From an uncultured virus (IMG/VR IMGVR_UViG_3300028377_000002) (Duplodnaviria; Heunggongvirae; Uroviricota; Caudoviricetes), in the IMG/VR virus record IMGVR_UViG_3300028377_000002: a stretch of DNA of 20,000 bases; one strand, written 5' to 3'. Of this stretch, positions 6,955 through 16,239 are shown one piece after another (within the stretch, counting starts at the first letter, position 1; each line of letters starts with the position of its first letter). The translations under genes were made by a program, and so were the position numbers. Below the pieces are notes generated by a model. It was not told the origin of the DNA and did not search any database. It was given only the letters and a program-made list of their open reading frames with translations.

Positions 6955-8376
6955 ATGGAAATTAAAATAATTTTTGATGAAATAGCTAATACTTCTGGTA
7001 ACAACGCTAAGATGGATGTGCTTCGTAAGTATAAAGACAATCAACTACTTCAAAAGGTATTATATTTAATCAAGTCTAAAAGGGTTAAGTTTTTCATTAA
7101 ACAAATACCTGAATATACTCCTTGGGGTTCTAATTCTAATTATTCGCTATCAGAAGCTGTTAATGATTTAAAAGTCCTTAGTAATAGAGAAGAAACAGGT
7201 CAATCGGCTGTAGCCTATCTTAAGCAGACTTTAGAAAATTTATCGACCGATGACGCTTATATCATTGAAAGAATTATTGATAAAGACCCTAAGATTGGTT
7301 TAGGTAGAACTTTTATTAATAAAGTAATTCCTAATCTTATTGAAAAAACACCATATCAAGGTGCTAAGTCTTTCAGTGAGAAGTTAGCTAGAAAAATTTT
7401 CAAAGATTATGGTTATGCATATAGTGATGTTAAGATGGACGGCCGTTATGCTAATGCCATTATTCAATCTGGTCAAGTAGAATTCGAATCAAGACAAGGT
7501 GAAACAACTTACATTCCAGTAGATTCTCTATTAATTAGAGAGTTATCTAAATTTGGTGATGGTGTACTAAATGGTGAATTAACTATAATTAATGATGATG
7601 GTTCGACAATGGATAGGTACACGTCTAACGGTATTATAGCTTCGATAGTAGATATCGAGGGTTGTGGTAAAATGGGTGATAGAAATGATGAAGATACCTC
7701 TAAAAAGTTATCTGCGTTCAGAAAGAAGCATGGTGATTTTAAAGAAGCTGTCGACAAAATAAGATATACAGTGTGGGATTCAATCACATTAGAAGACTAC
7801 TTCAATAAGAAGTCAGATATTGAGTATAGAAAGCGTTTAGATTATCTATTCAAAAAGACACCTATATTAGAATGCACTAGAGTTGCAATGGTAGAACGTC
7901 TTAAGGTTTATTCATATGAAGAGGCTATGACTCACTTCCAAAATATTTTGTTGAGAGGTGAAGAGGGTACTATATTGAAAGCACCTTTGGCCACTTGGAA
8001 AGATGGTAAACCAAATACTCAAATTAAGCTAAAAATTGAAGTTAATTTAGATTTGAAAGTGATTGGATTTGAGTACGGAAATAAAGGTACTAAAAATGAA
8101 AATGTGTATAGTACAATAAATCTTGAATCGTCTTGCGGAAATCTGCGCACTAATGCGTCTGGGATGAAAGAAGGTATGATGAAAGAAATAACAGAACGTG
8201 CTGATGAATTACTTGGTACTGTGGTTGAGATTCGGTGTTGTGGTTTATCACAAAGTAGTGATGGGGATTATTCTACGCTCCACCCATCAGTGGTTGAATT
8301 AAGAGACGATAAAACCGAAGCTAATTCATTAGCTGAATGTATTAAAATAAGTAATGCTGCTATGGGATTATCTTAA
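6955..8376 (+). CDS. ATP-dependent DNA ligase (phage type)
   Basis: KMDGRY motif I, LNGEL, EGTILK, KLK motifs and C-terminal OB fold ending in LRDDK. Confidence 0.92.
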   Translation: MEIKIIFDEIANTSGNNAKMDVLRKYKDNQLLQKVLYLIKSKRVKFFIKQIPEYTPWGSNSNYSLSEAVNDLKVLSNREETGQSAVAYLKQTLENLSTDDAYIIERIIDKDPKIGLGRTFINKVIPNLIEKTPYQGAKSFSEKLARKIFKDYGYAYSDVKMDGRYANAIIQSGQVEFESRQGETTYIPVDSLLIRELSKFGDGVLNGELTIINDDGSTMDRYTSNGIIASIVDIEGCGKMGDRNDEDTSKKLSAFRKKHGDFKEAVDKIRYTVWDSITLEDYFNKKSDIEYRKRLDYLFKKTPILECTRVAMVERLKVYSYEEAMTHFQNILLRGEEGTILKAPLATWKDGKPNTQIKLKIEVNLDLKVIGFEYGNKGTKNENVYSTINLESSCGNLRTNASGMKEGMMKEITERADELLGTVVEIRCCGLSQSSDGDYSTLHPSVVELRDDKTEANSLAECIKISNAAMGLS

Positions 8377-8483
8377 TTGCATACCACCCAATAAATTCTT
8401 TATTTTTAATTAAAACTTCTTTTTTAATGGTACGTCCTCGATAAATTGGTTTACCTTCATTGTAATAAGACCTTCTTAATTCT

Positions 8484-8594
8484 TTAGATGATTTTAAACA
8501 TAACGTTTTCAAATATGTAAGAAAAAACCATGTTAATACTGACACCCACTGGACCAAAAATTGGGAACGTGCTAAGTTATCATGGGAAGTATAA
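8484..8594 (+). pseudogene. C-terminal remnant of an RNA-ligase-family gene
   Basis: Start-less frame LDDFKHNVFKYVRKNHVNTDTHWTKNWERAKLSWEV-TAA; KYVRxxHVxTDxHW resembles the motif-V tail of phage RNA ligase family proteins. Confidence 0.65.
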
Positions 8595-8615
8595 TCAATA
8601 AATAAATAAAGTGAA

Positions 8616-9641
8616 ATGAAAAAATTTAGTAAGTTCCCAAAAATTGGGCAATTTAGACAAACAGTGAAAGAAGCTAAACTAAGAAACTCTTACATTGGTA
8701 AGGATGATGATGGTGAACCTATCTTTGACAAAACAAAGGCAACACCAGTAATCAACTTCAAGGGTACGGTAAAGTTACACGGTACAAACGCAGGTGTAGG
8801 TCATACCCCTGAAGATGGTATCTGGGCGCAATCTAGAAATAACATTATTACTGTAGATAACGATAATGCTGGGTTCGCCAAATTCGTTCATAGTAATGAA
8901 GAAACTTTCATTGAATTAATGAATGAGATTAGAGTAGAGAACTCAAAAATAGGCGTTAAAGATGCGGTTTACATTTTTGGTGAATGGGTAGGTAAATCAA
9001 TCCAAAAAGGTGTTGCTATTTCTCAGTTAGAAAAAAGCTTCTTCATTTTTGATGTTAAGGTGGTGCCAGAAGATGAGTCTGAACCATACCACTTAGACTC
9101 ACATTACCTAAAATCCAAAGATAACAAAATCTTTAACATTGAAGACTTTGAAACTTATGAGATGGAAATCGATTTTGAGCAACCTGAGAGCGCTCAAAAC
9201 AAATTAGGTGAGCTAACCATGCAAGTTGAAGAAAAGTGTCCTGTGGCCAAAGAATTTGGCTTTGAAGGTGTAGGTGAGGGTATTGTATGGTCAGGTAAGT
9301 TAGGAAATCACAATCTACTGTTTAAAGTGAAGGGTGAGAAGCATAGTGTTTCTAAAGTAAAAACCTTAGCTAAGGTAGATACGGAAAAACTTAACTCTAT
9401 CAATGAGTTTGTTGATTATGCCATAACAGAAAACAGATTCAACCAAGCATTAGGTGTGGTCTTTCCAGATGGTAATATTGATATCAAAAAATTAGGTGAT
9501 ACAATCAAGTGGGTTGTTAGCGATGTACTAGCTGAAGAAAGCGATGTACTAAAAGATAATAATCTTGAACCTAAAGATATCGGTAAATACGTAGCTGCAA
9601 AGGTTAAAAAAATGTTCTTTGCGGAGTATAATAAATTCTAA
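8616..9641 (+). CDS. Rnl2-family RNA ligase
   Basis: KLHGTNAG motif I, QSRN, FGEW, FDVK, EGIVW, FKVK. Confidence 0.88.
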   Translation: MKKFSKFPKIGQFRQTVKEAKLRNSYIGKDDDGEPIFDKTKATPVINFKGTVKLHGTNAGVGHTPEDGIWAQSRNNIITVDNDNAGFAKFVHSNEETFIELMNEIRVENSKIGVKDAVYIFGEWVGKSIQKGVAISQLEKSFFIFDVKVVPEDESEPYHLDSHYLKSKDNKIFNIEDFETYEMEIDFEQPESAQNKLGELTMQVEEKCPVAKEFGFEGVGEGIVWSGKLGNHNLLFKVKGEKHSVSKVKTLAKVDTEKLNSINEFVDYAITENRFNQALGVVFPDGNIDIKKLGDTIKWVVSDVLAEESDVLKDNNLEPKDIGKYVAAKVKKMFFAEYNKF

Positions 9642-9682
9642 ATATGTTAAAACACAAAAAATAACGGTGTTTTAAGTAAATA

Positions 9683-9726
9683 AAACCACAAAGCCTTGTT
9701 TATTCTAAGGTTTTGTGGTTTATTTG
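9683..9726 (+). terminator. 15-bp hairpin (probable terminator) overlapping a promoter-like element
   Basis: AAACCACAAAGCCTT(9683-9697)/AAGGTTTTGTGGTTT(9707-9721); also TTG(9696)-N20-TTTATTTG(9719-9726). Confidence 0.55.
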
Positions 9727-9743
9727 TTGTATAAAAAAGATAT

Positions 9744-9944
9744 ATGAAAAACGGAGTATACAAACTAAAAAAAGATGCAAAGTTAAGCAACGGAGCTGAG
9801 TTTAAAAAGGGTCAAGAATTTGAAGTTGTTGATACCGTGGTCTACATGGGTGGTCATCCATTAGACTTTAGAGCGCAAAACATGGTTTTATCTTGGATGA
9901 AATCTAATAAAGAACTTTTTATTAACGATACTAGAAATTTTTAA
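9744..9944 (+). CDS. hypothetical protein
   Basis: 66-aa ORF with highly-expressed-type codon usage. Confidence 0.75.
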   Translation: MKNGVYKLKKDAKLSNGAEFKKGQEFEVVDTVVYMGGHPLDFRAQNMVLSWMKSNKELFINDTRNF

Positions 9945-9946
9945 AT

Positions 9947-10651
9947 ATGCATAAAAAAGCAAGTTTATATAAATGGTGTTGTGACCACAAATTAAGACCA
10001 ACCGATGTTAAAGATGAAGATTCTTTTATGTTAGATGAAGTATCGTATAAAGAGTTTGAGTTGTTCATAGAGGAAGCCAAGTCTAACTATAGACTTATAT
10101 ATGGAGAGCTTCCAAATAAACCTGAAAAGTATTTGGAGTATAAGATGTATGGGTTGGTCCCATATAACATATCTGACACTCAAAAAGGAATTCAATTTGA
10201 CCACGCTAAAGATAATTATGTGGTCGAATACGGAACCGATGTAAGGTATAAGAGGTTTTTAAAAGAATGGAAAACGACTATTATACTAAATGGCGGTACT
10301 TCAAACGAAGGTCATACTATTAGACACGGTTTTAGGGATATAACTTATATTGGTACTATGCAAGAGCATTTAATTACCCTTAAAAATAATAACATTAAAG
10401 TATCTACATTTTATGAACCAGACCTTAACTCTATGTTAAGCGCCATTGTGTTCTTAGTGGATGAAAGAGTTTTTAATAAAAAACTTTACCCAGACTTTAC
10501 CTTTGATGAATTACCTGAAAATGTAAGTAATCTAGAAGCTAGTAAATGGGAAATAGATAAAGTACATTCTTATCAAAAATGGGTGTCTCTAGTTGGAGGT
10601 GAAAGTAACGTCTTTTTAAGAGAGTTCCTTAAAGATATGAAATTAGCTTAA
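9947..10651 (+). CDS. PTH2-like fold protein with N-terminal extension
   Basis: KMYGLVPYNIS..QKGIQFDHA, KTTIILNGG and FYEPDLNSMLSAIVF parallel the PTH2 motifs of 4786-5154. Confidence 0.7.
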   Translation: MHKKASLYKWCCDHKLRPTDVKDEDSFMLDEVSYKEFELFIEEAKSNYRLIYGELPNKPEKYLEYKMYGLVPYNISDTQKGIQFDHAKDNYVVEYGTDVRYKRFLKEWKTTIILNGGTSNEGHTIRHGFRDITYIGTMQEHLITLKNNNIKVSTFYEPDLNSMLSAIVFLVDERVFNKKLYPDFTFDELPENVSNLEASKWEIDKVHSYQKWVSLVGGESNVFLREFLKDMKLA

Positions 10652-10661
10652 AAGTAAATAT

Positions 10662-12299
10662 ATGGAGAATAAAAACAAGAATAAAAAGGGTAGTTTTAAA
10701 AACCTTACTGATGAAGATAAGGATTACATTAGAATGACCTATTACGATGACGAACTTAAACATGTTGAGAAGATGGAAATCTTAGGCTCTAAGTTCGGTG
10801 TAACTGGAAGAACCATTAGGAACTGGTGGTTAAATAAACTGAATTTAGAAAAACCACATTCTAGATTACCAACTCAGTTACAGGAGGCTCGTATGAAAAA
10901 CTTACCTTTTGATACTGATGTATTAGCGGTAACGTCGGCCCAAAATGAGACGCCAATAAATAGAAAACAATTGGCTTCGATAATGCAATATAAAGATTTC
11001 TTGAAAAAGGAGTTATCTAAAGAGTTAAACTTAGCTGTTATACCAGTTAGATATAGAAACCCTACAACTCCAACTGAGGACCAGAACAAGAAAAAAGATA
11101 TGTGGTGGGTAGATGAAGTAAGAGAAAACATTTATTATAATAAAATTGAGTTTGGTGACACAACAGTTGCAGCAGACACTCACGTAACACCAACAGCAAC
11201 AATGCCATTGAGTGGCTTGGATTCACTAACTGATGATGGTCATTTAGTGGTAGGGGCTTTCAGAATACACTTTAAGACTCAAGCTAGAGTAAGAAACACT
11301 CCACTTAGAACGATGTGTACCACAGGTTCGATAACGAGGAAAAATTACTCTAGAAGTAAGGCAGGTGATAAGGCCTCAATCCACCATTCATATGGGTTTA
11401 CAATTATAGAACTTAAAAAGGATGGGACTTGCCACGTACCTAGAAACATATATGTTACTGACGATGGTGAGTTTACGGATTTATGTTATAAGGTAACACC
11501 AGAAGGAGTCACTAAGATTGGTGCTACTGAAGCTTTAATATGGGGTGATATTCACAATGAAGTTTTAGATGAAAATATATATAATAAAACTAAAGAGTTG
11601 TGTGCTAAATTGAACCCAAAAGTACATGTGTTGCACGACGTTCTTGATGGTGCTAGGTTTAATCCTCATGAAAGAAAAGATACATTTGTTTTAAGGCGTA
11701 AGATTATGCAAAACAAATTTAAAATTAAAGAAGAGGTTGATAGTGCTGTAGAGTTTCCTAAAAAACTACTAAGTGATTGTGGTGGTAGTAAAGCATATGT
11801 TGTGCAATCTAATCACGATGAGTTTTTAGATAGGCACATCACCGATATGAACTGGAAAAAGGATTTACATAACTCACCAGCGTATTTAGAATATGCTATG
11901 ATTCAGCAAACAGTTGATTTAGAGCAGTATGGTAATATATTTGGTTACTTGATACACAATAAGTATGAGGATAGTGACGAAATAAAGTACCTTAAATACG
12001 GTGACCAACTTAAAGTGAAAGGGTTCAACTTGGCTATGCACGGTGACCATGGTACAAATGGTTCCAGAGGTACAATAACCCAATACAAGAGGTTTAATTT
12101 TAAGATGATACATGGCCATAACCATTCACCAATTATCATGGACGGTGTAACTTCTGTAGGACTTACAGCTGACGTTAACCAATACTACACTAGAAAAGGT
12201 ATTAGTACTCACGCTTATGGTCACGCTTTAGTACATGAGAATGGAAAACGTCAACTATTGGTTTTCGATAATAATGGTGAAATATCAGATTTGATTTAA
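10662..12299 (+). CDS. HTH plus calcineurin-like metallophosphoesterase, T5 A1-like
   Basis: N-terminal HTH (FGVTGRTIRNWW); GDIH, HDVLD, SNHD, HGDHGTNGSRG and GHNHSP motifs; 545 aa. Confidence 0.8.
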   Translation: MENKNKNKKGSFKNLTDEDKDYIRMTYYDDELKHVEKMEILGSKFGVTGRTIRNWWLNKLNLEKPHSRLPTQLQEARMKNLPFDTDVLAVTSAQNETPINRKQLASIMQYKDFLKKELSKELNLAVIPVRYRNPTTPTEDQNKKKDMWWVDEVRENIYYNKIEFGDTTVAADTHVTPTATMPLSGLDSLTDDGHLVVGAFRIHFKTQARVRNTPLRTMCTTGSITRKNYSRSKAGDKASIHHSYGFTIIELKKDGTCHVPRNIYVTDDGEFTDLCYKVTPEGVTKIGATEALIWGDIHNEVLDENIYNKTKELCAKLNPKVHVLHDVLDGARFNPHERKDTFVLRRKIMQNKFKIKEEVDSAVEFPKKLLSDCGGSKAYVVQSNHDEFLDRHITDMNWKKDLHNSPAYLEYAMIQQTVDLEQYGNIFGYLIHNKYEDSDEIKYLKYGDQLKVKGFNLAMHGDHGTNGSRGTITQYKRFNFKMIHGHNHSPIIMDGVTSVGLTADVNQYYTRKGISTHAYGHALVHENGKRQLLVFDNNGEISDLI

Positions 12300-12338
12300 A
12301 TTTTAAAGTAATTATGTCTGATATTAAAAATAAAATCT

Positions 12339-12346
12339 TATCTTTG
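12339..12346 (+). promoter_or_regulatory. -7 box immediately before ATG (probable leaderless transcript)
   Basis: TATCTTTG-TCTC-ATG. Confidence 0.55.
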
Positions 12347-12350
12347 TCTC

Positions 12351-12893
12351 ATGAAACAGACATTTAAAATAAAAGGTAGGTTGGTTTTTGACCCACCAGA
12401 GATTACTAGCAAACATTCAAGGCAAAGTAACTGGAAGAAAGTTGCTTTCCTTGAGTTTGATGGTGACATTAAAAAATACTATCGATGGTTTGTTAAGAAG
12501 CGTTACAACCTGCATTTAAGTGAATCTATAAGAAAAGCTCACGTAACTTTTATAAACGATAGTCATAGAGACTTGGGTGAAAACTTAAGTAAGTGGAATA
12601 AAGTAAAGAAAAAGTGGAATGGTAAGACTATTGAGATAAAGTTATCTACAGATGTGCACTCAGACGGCGTTTACTGGTGGTTAGTTGTACCTGAAGAATC
12701 TAGAGGACAACTACACTCAATTAGGAAAGAAGTTGGCTTATATAGACCTCATTTTGGTTTACACATGACTTTTGGTGTTGCCGTTAACACAAAAGATGAT
12801 AGTTTAGAAGGGAATGCTTTGAAAGCTACTAGGCAAACTGAAGCCCATTCTAAATATATTGTTGATTTACTAATTAAAAATTTAATTGAATGA
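12351..12893 (+). CDS. 2H phosphoesterase superfamily protein
   Basis: Two HxT motifs: AHVTF and LHMTF. Confidence 0.75.
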   Translation: MKQTFKIKGRLVFDPPEITSKHSRQSNWKKVAFLEFDGDIKKYYRWFVKKRYNLHLSESIRKAHVTFINDSHRDLGENLSKWNKVKKKWNGKTIEIKLSTDVHSDGVYWWLVVPEESRGQLHSIRKEVGLYRPHFGLHMTFGVAVNTKDDSLEGNALKATRQTEAHSKYIVDLLIKNLIE

Positions 12894-13114
12894 ATAAAAC
12901 ACCAGTAAAAAAGAGCGTTGTTATGTTGATAGATAACAATGGGGAAACAACTAGCTTTAATAATTTAAAAGATGTTAAAAAGTTTTTTAATGTACAGTTC
13001 TACGAAAAGTATGAACAATTTAAAGATACACTAACTGATGAAAATAAGTTTTTAAAGTGGGTAAATACTGAAACGGGTTATGAAACATTAAAAGTTTCAT
13101 ATATTAAATACTAA
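12890..13114 (+). CDS. hypothetical protein
   Basis: 74-aa ORF with ATGA overlap with the upstream gene. Confidence 0.7.
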   Translation: MNKTPVKKSVVMLIDNNGETTSFNNLKDVKKFFNVQFYEKYEQFKDTLTDENKFLKWVNTETGYETLKVSYIKY

Positions 13115-13115
13115 T

Positions 13116-13149
13116 AAAAAAACCTCTATAAAAGAGGCTTTTTTTTTTT
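13116..13149. terminator. bidirectional intrinsic terminator between convergent genes
   Basis: A-tract, CCTCT-ATAAA-AGAGG hairpin, long T-tract. Confidence 0.7.
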
Positions 13150-13336
13150 AATCGATGTTTTTGATTAGTTCTTTAATCACTGCGTAGTTCATGTAAATAA
13201 ACAACCCAGCGCAAGCTCCACCTAAAAAGGTACCTACTGAACCTCCAATAAATAATAATGAAGCAGCACATCCACCTGCCCATCCCAGGTTTTCTAAACC
13301 TGTAGCTTTAATCCAGTCTTTAATTTTCTTTACCAT
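13148..13336 (-). CDS. small membrane protein (Gly-rich helical hairpin); start moved to 13336
   Basis: MVKKIKDWIKATGLENLGWAGGCAASLLFIGGSVGTFLGGACAGLFIYMNY... Confidence 0.7.
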   Translation of the reverse strand: MVKKIKDWIKATGLENLGWAGGCAASLLFIGGSVGTFLGGACAGLFIYMNYAVIKELIKNID

Positions 13337-13407
13337 AATGTATTGTTTTTTTATAGTAATAAATATCATTGAAAAAAGTAAAATATCATAAAATTATCAC
13401 ATAAAGC

Positions 13408-13439
13408 TTTGTGTATTAATATTATTATCATTATATTTG
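13408..13439 (+). promoter_or_regulatory. Bacteroidota-type promoter
   Basis: TTTG(13408-13411)-N20-TATATTTG(13432-13439). Confidence 0.75.
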
Positions 13440-13457
13440 CACTAAATAATTAGAAAC

Positions 13458-13645
13458 ATGGTCATTAAAGAAAACGGATTAAGGTACGCAAAACTAGTTC
13501 ATGTCTCAGTTGACAACGGCTTAACATCTCAAAGTAACAAAGTTTATATCATGGAACGTAAAACCCATCCCATCACCTATGGCGTGGGTGGGTAGTTCAC
13601 AACGCTAAACAATGTACAATTGCTTACCTAATAGAATTTGAATGA
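13458..13645 (+). pseudogene. collapsed WGR/PARP-like gene (N- and C-terminal stubs around an IS end)
   Basis: N-stub MVIKENGLRYAKLVHVSVDNGLTSQSNKVYIME (WGR-like SNKxY) and out-of-frame C-stub 13601-13645 NAKQCTIAYLIEFE-TGA (PARP catalytic tail YxxxQxxIxYLxE). Confidence 0.65.
13562..13600 (+). mobile_element. IS200/IS605-type (TnpB) right-end remnant, copy 3
   Basis: CCCATCCCATCACCTATGGCGTGGGTGGGTAGTTCAC matches 1272-1308 with 2 mismatches. Confidence 0.75.
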
Positions 13646-13646
13646 C

Positions 13647-13874
13647 ATGAAAACAATGAAAACGTACAAAAATAAGGTATTTTATTTATGCGTAATGAAA
13701 GGTGAGTTTTGGGTTAGGTTTTATCGCCCAGCTAGATTAAGAGGGAAGGGTTTTAGGGTCATAAACACCAAGAAAAAGAAACTAAGATTTTCTGAGAGAC
13801 ATAATTATACAAAAACCTTTTCGATATTTAATTATAATTTCAAAAAATTAAAACGAAAAAAGCTTGTTACTTAA
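13647..13874 (+). CDS. basic hypothetical protein (start ATG 13647 or 13656)
   Basis: K/R-rich ORF directly after the PARP stub stop. Confidence 0.55.
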   Translation: MKTMKTYKNKVFYLCVMKGEFWVRFYRPARLRGKGFRVINTKKKKLRFSERHNYTKTFSIFNYNFKKLKRKKLVT

Positions 13875-13893
13875 ATATAAAATTGCATATTTG
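13864..13893 (+). promoter_or_regulatory. Bacteroidota-type promoter (variant)
   Basis: TTG(13864-13866)-N19-CATATTTG(13886-13893). Confidence 0.55.
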
Positions 13894-13919
13894 CAACTAT
13901 TAACTTAATTTCTATTAAA

Positions 13920-15680
13920 ATGAAGACATTAAAATTATTCAACGCCGTATTAGCTAAAGATAGTAACGTAAGACCATTTATGTCACTAGAAGGGTTCATT
14001 ATTGAACCTAGTGCTATGTGGGCCAAAGATGAAATCCTTAAGTATTATAAGGAAGAGAAATTAAGTGGTAATGATTTGAATAAAACATTCCACAAGTCTT
14101 GGGAGAAAATACAGTCATCATCAAGATTTGAATTACTAATTGAGCAACTTACTAATTACATTTCAACTTACGGAAGTAATTTTGGTAGTGAGGCTTATAT
14201 ACCAAATGAGGTACTAGAGGTGCCAGACGTGGAGTTAGTCTTTAAAGTCATTAAGGGTTACAGTAAAGAAGAAATGACAAAGAAGTGTCTTAATCTTTTA
14301 AAGTCTGGTATAGCTTTGACAGAAGAAACAGTTGATGACATTATCAGTGTTTTGGTTGATACTTTGGACTATACCTTCACTGGTAACGAGAACTTTAAAA
14401 ATAAGGAGGTTATTGCTAAGATAGCTGACCAGTATGGTATCTACCCAAAAGACCCAGTTGAGTTTTTCAGATATGTCTTTTATAAGACAACAGGGGAGAC
14501 CTTACTTATAAAAAATGAAAGTGCCATAAGTGCAATTGAAAGAAGTTCTTATAACCCAACACTTGATTTCAAGAAATTTGGGTTAGAAAGGTTGTCTGAA
14601 ATATTCAATAGATTTAAACCTTTGTTCTTAGCTTATAAAAACAGGGGACCAAAAACTATTAACAGGATAAGTAAGTTATCTAAGAGGTATCATAAACCTA
14701 TGGTAACCAATCCATTGAACTTAGCCACTAGTTCACGTCTAACTAAAGAAGATTTACACTGGTTAGATAATGCAACACCATTTGCGTTGTTTAAAGCTTT
14801 ATCGGCTTGTTATACGAGGATAAACAACCAAGACACGTTTGTGTACAGAATCAGAAATGGTAAATCTTGGGCAACTGAGTCTAATAAAAACTTCAATAAC
14901 CCAGTGGTGCATGAGAATTATGATTTCATAATTTCTTACATGAAAGATAGGTTCAACTTAAAAGGTAAAAAATTCTTTATACCTCATGATGTTAAATACG
15001 GTCTACCTACATCTGAGAAGATGTTTGTAGGTAATATCCCAACAGGTACTAAATTTTACGGTGAAAAATTAGCAGTTGGAATATATTGGGAAAATTCATG
15101 GGGTGCTAATGACTTAGATTTATCTGGCCTTAATATAGATGGTAAGGTAGGGTGGAACTCATCTTACAATCAGAGAGGTGGTTTAATGTTCTCAGGTGAT
15201 ATCGTTGATGCCCCTAACGGTGCAGTCGAGTACTTGTACGCTAATAAAGGTCTCAGTGCACCTACACTGGTACTTAATAATGTATTTCGGGGTAACTCAG
15301 TTTCTGGGTTCAAAGTAATAATTGGTAAAGGTAGTGATATAGATAAAAAGTATATGATGGACCCTAATAAATTATTAGCTGAAATGAAAACAGAGACGGT
15401 TGGTAAACAAACAGCCTTAGGTATAATGATACCTGAAGTTGAGCAACAATCATTTGTATTACTGAATTTTGGTTCTGGGTCCAGCAGTGTTTCTCTTAAT
15501 GCTAATACCTCCAAACTATTAACTAAAGGGTTGTATCAACAATGGAAAAATCCATTATCATTAAATGAGTTATTAGTTGAGCTAGGTGCTACCTTAACAG
15601 ATTATAAAGAAGAAGAAGGTATAACTGACCTATCATTAGATACTCTAGAAAAAGATACATTAATTAAAATATTTGAGTAA
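13920..15680 (+). CDS. large phage protein with TerD-like C-terminal region
   Basis: 586 aa; W...DLDLS...GWN...SGDIVDAPNGAVEY pattern seen in TerD-related domains. Confidence 0.7.
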   Translation: MKTLKLFNAVLAKDSNVRPFMSLEGFIIEPSAMWAKDEILKYYKEEKLSGNDLNKTFHKSWEKIQSSSRFELLIEQLTNYISTYGSNFGSEAYIPNEVLEVPDVELVFKVIKGYSKEEMTKKCLNLLKSGIALTEETVDDIISVLVDTLDYTFTGNENFKNKEVIAKIADQYGIYPKDPVEFFRYVFYKTTGETLLIKNESAISAIERSSYNPTLDFKKFGLERLSEIFNRFKPLFLAYKNRGPKTINRISKLSKRYHKPMVTNPLNLATSSRLTKEDLHWLDNATPFALFKALSACYTRINNQDTFVYRIRNGKSWATESNKNFNNPVVHENYDFIISYMKDRFNLKGKKFFIPHDVKYGLPTSEKMFVGNIPTGTKFYGEKLAVGIYWENSWGANDLDLSGLNIDGKVGWNSSYNQRGGLMFSGDIVDAPNGAVEYLYANKGLSAPTLVLNNVFRGNSVSGFKVIIGKGSDIDKKYMMDPNKLLAEMKTETVGKQTALGIMIPEVEQQSFVLLNFGSGSSSVSLNANTSKLLTKGLYQQWKNPLSLNELLVELGATLTDYKEEEGITDLSLDTLEKDTLIKIFE

Positions 15681-16237
15681 TGCTTAATTATTATACGATG
15701 TTTGTGTTAGGAACAACAGCTGTGTTTTATATATTATTAATATCAAGGTTTGGCGCTAACTCTAAAAATTTGTTAGAAGATGGTTGCTTTACGATAATAG
15801 GGCCTCCCATCATTGGTTTTATACTTGGTAGTCTTATTTTCTTTTTAGTAGCAGAAACAAAAACGTCAAATTTGGGTAGAACTGTCGAAGTAGTCATAAC
15901 TTCAAACGAATTATTGAAATTAACAACTGATGACGAAATCAATGGCCGTTCGAGAAGAACCTTTTTTGTTGGAGCTGGTTATATTGACGAAGTTAAATAC
16001 TACGAGATTTATAAGACGTTAGATAACGGTGAGAATAAGTATGAAAAGCTTAGAGCTGATAACGTTAACATAAGTTTTTCAGATACACCTAAAATTGTGG
16101 TGTATGGCAAAAAATATGATGACGAGACTAAAAAGAATGAGTGGTTATCTTCAAACGAAGAAGAGAAGGTAGTGTTTGATAGAAAAGTGTTATATGTACC
16201 AGAAGGTACAATTAAAGAAAATTACGAAATAAATTAA
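15680..16237 (+). CDS. membrane protein (two N-terminal TM helices)
   Basis: Two hydrophobic stretches followed by a soluble domain. Confidence 0.75.
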   Translation: MLNYYTMFVLGTTAVFYILLISRFGANSKNLLEDGCFTIIGPPIIGFILGSLIFFLVAETKTSNLGRTVEVVITSNELLKLTTDDEINGRSRRTFFVGAGYIDEVKYYEIYKTLDNGENKYEKLRADNVNISFSDTPKIVVYGKKYDDETKKNEWLSSNEEEKVVFDRKVLYVPEGTIKENYEIN

Positions 16238-16239
16238 TT

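Noticed and set aside
53..13600. CRISPR array from the GTGGGTGGGTAGTTCAC repeat
   Set aside because: Three dispersed copies 1.2 and 12 kb apart with no regular spacers; one continues into tnpB coding sequence
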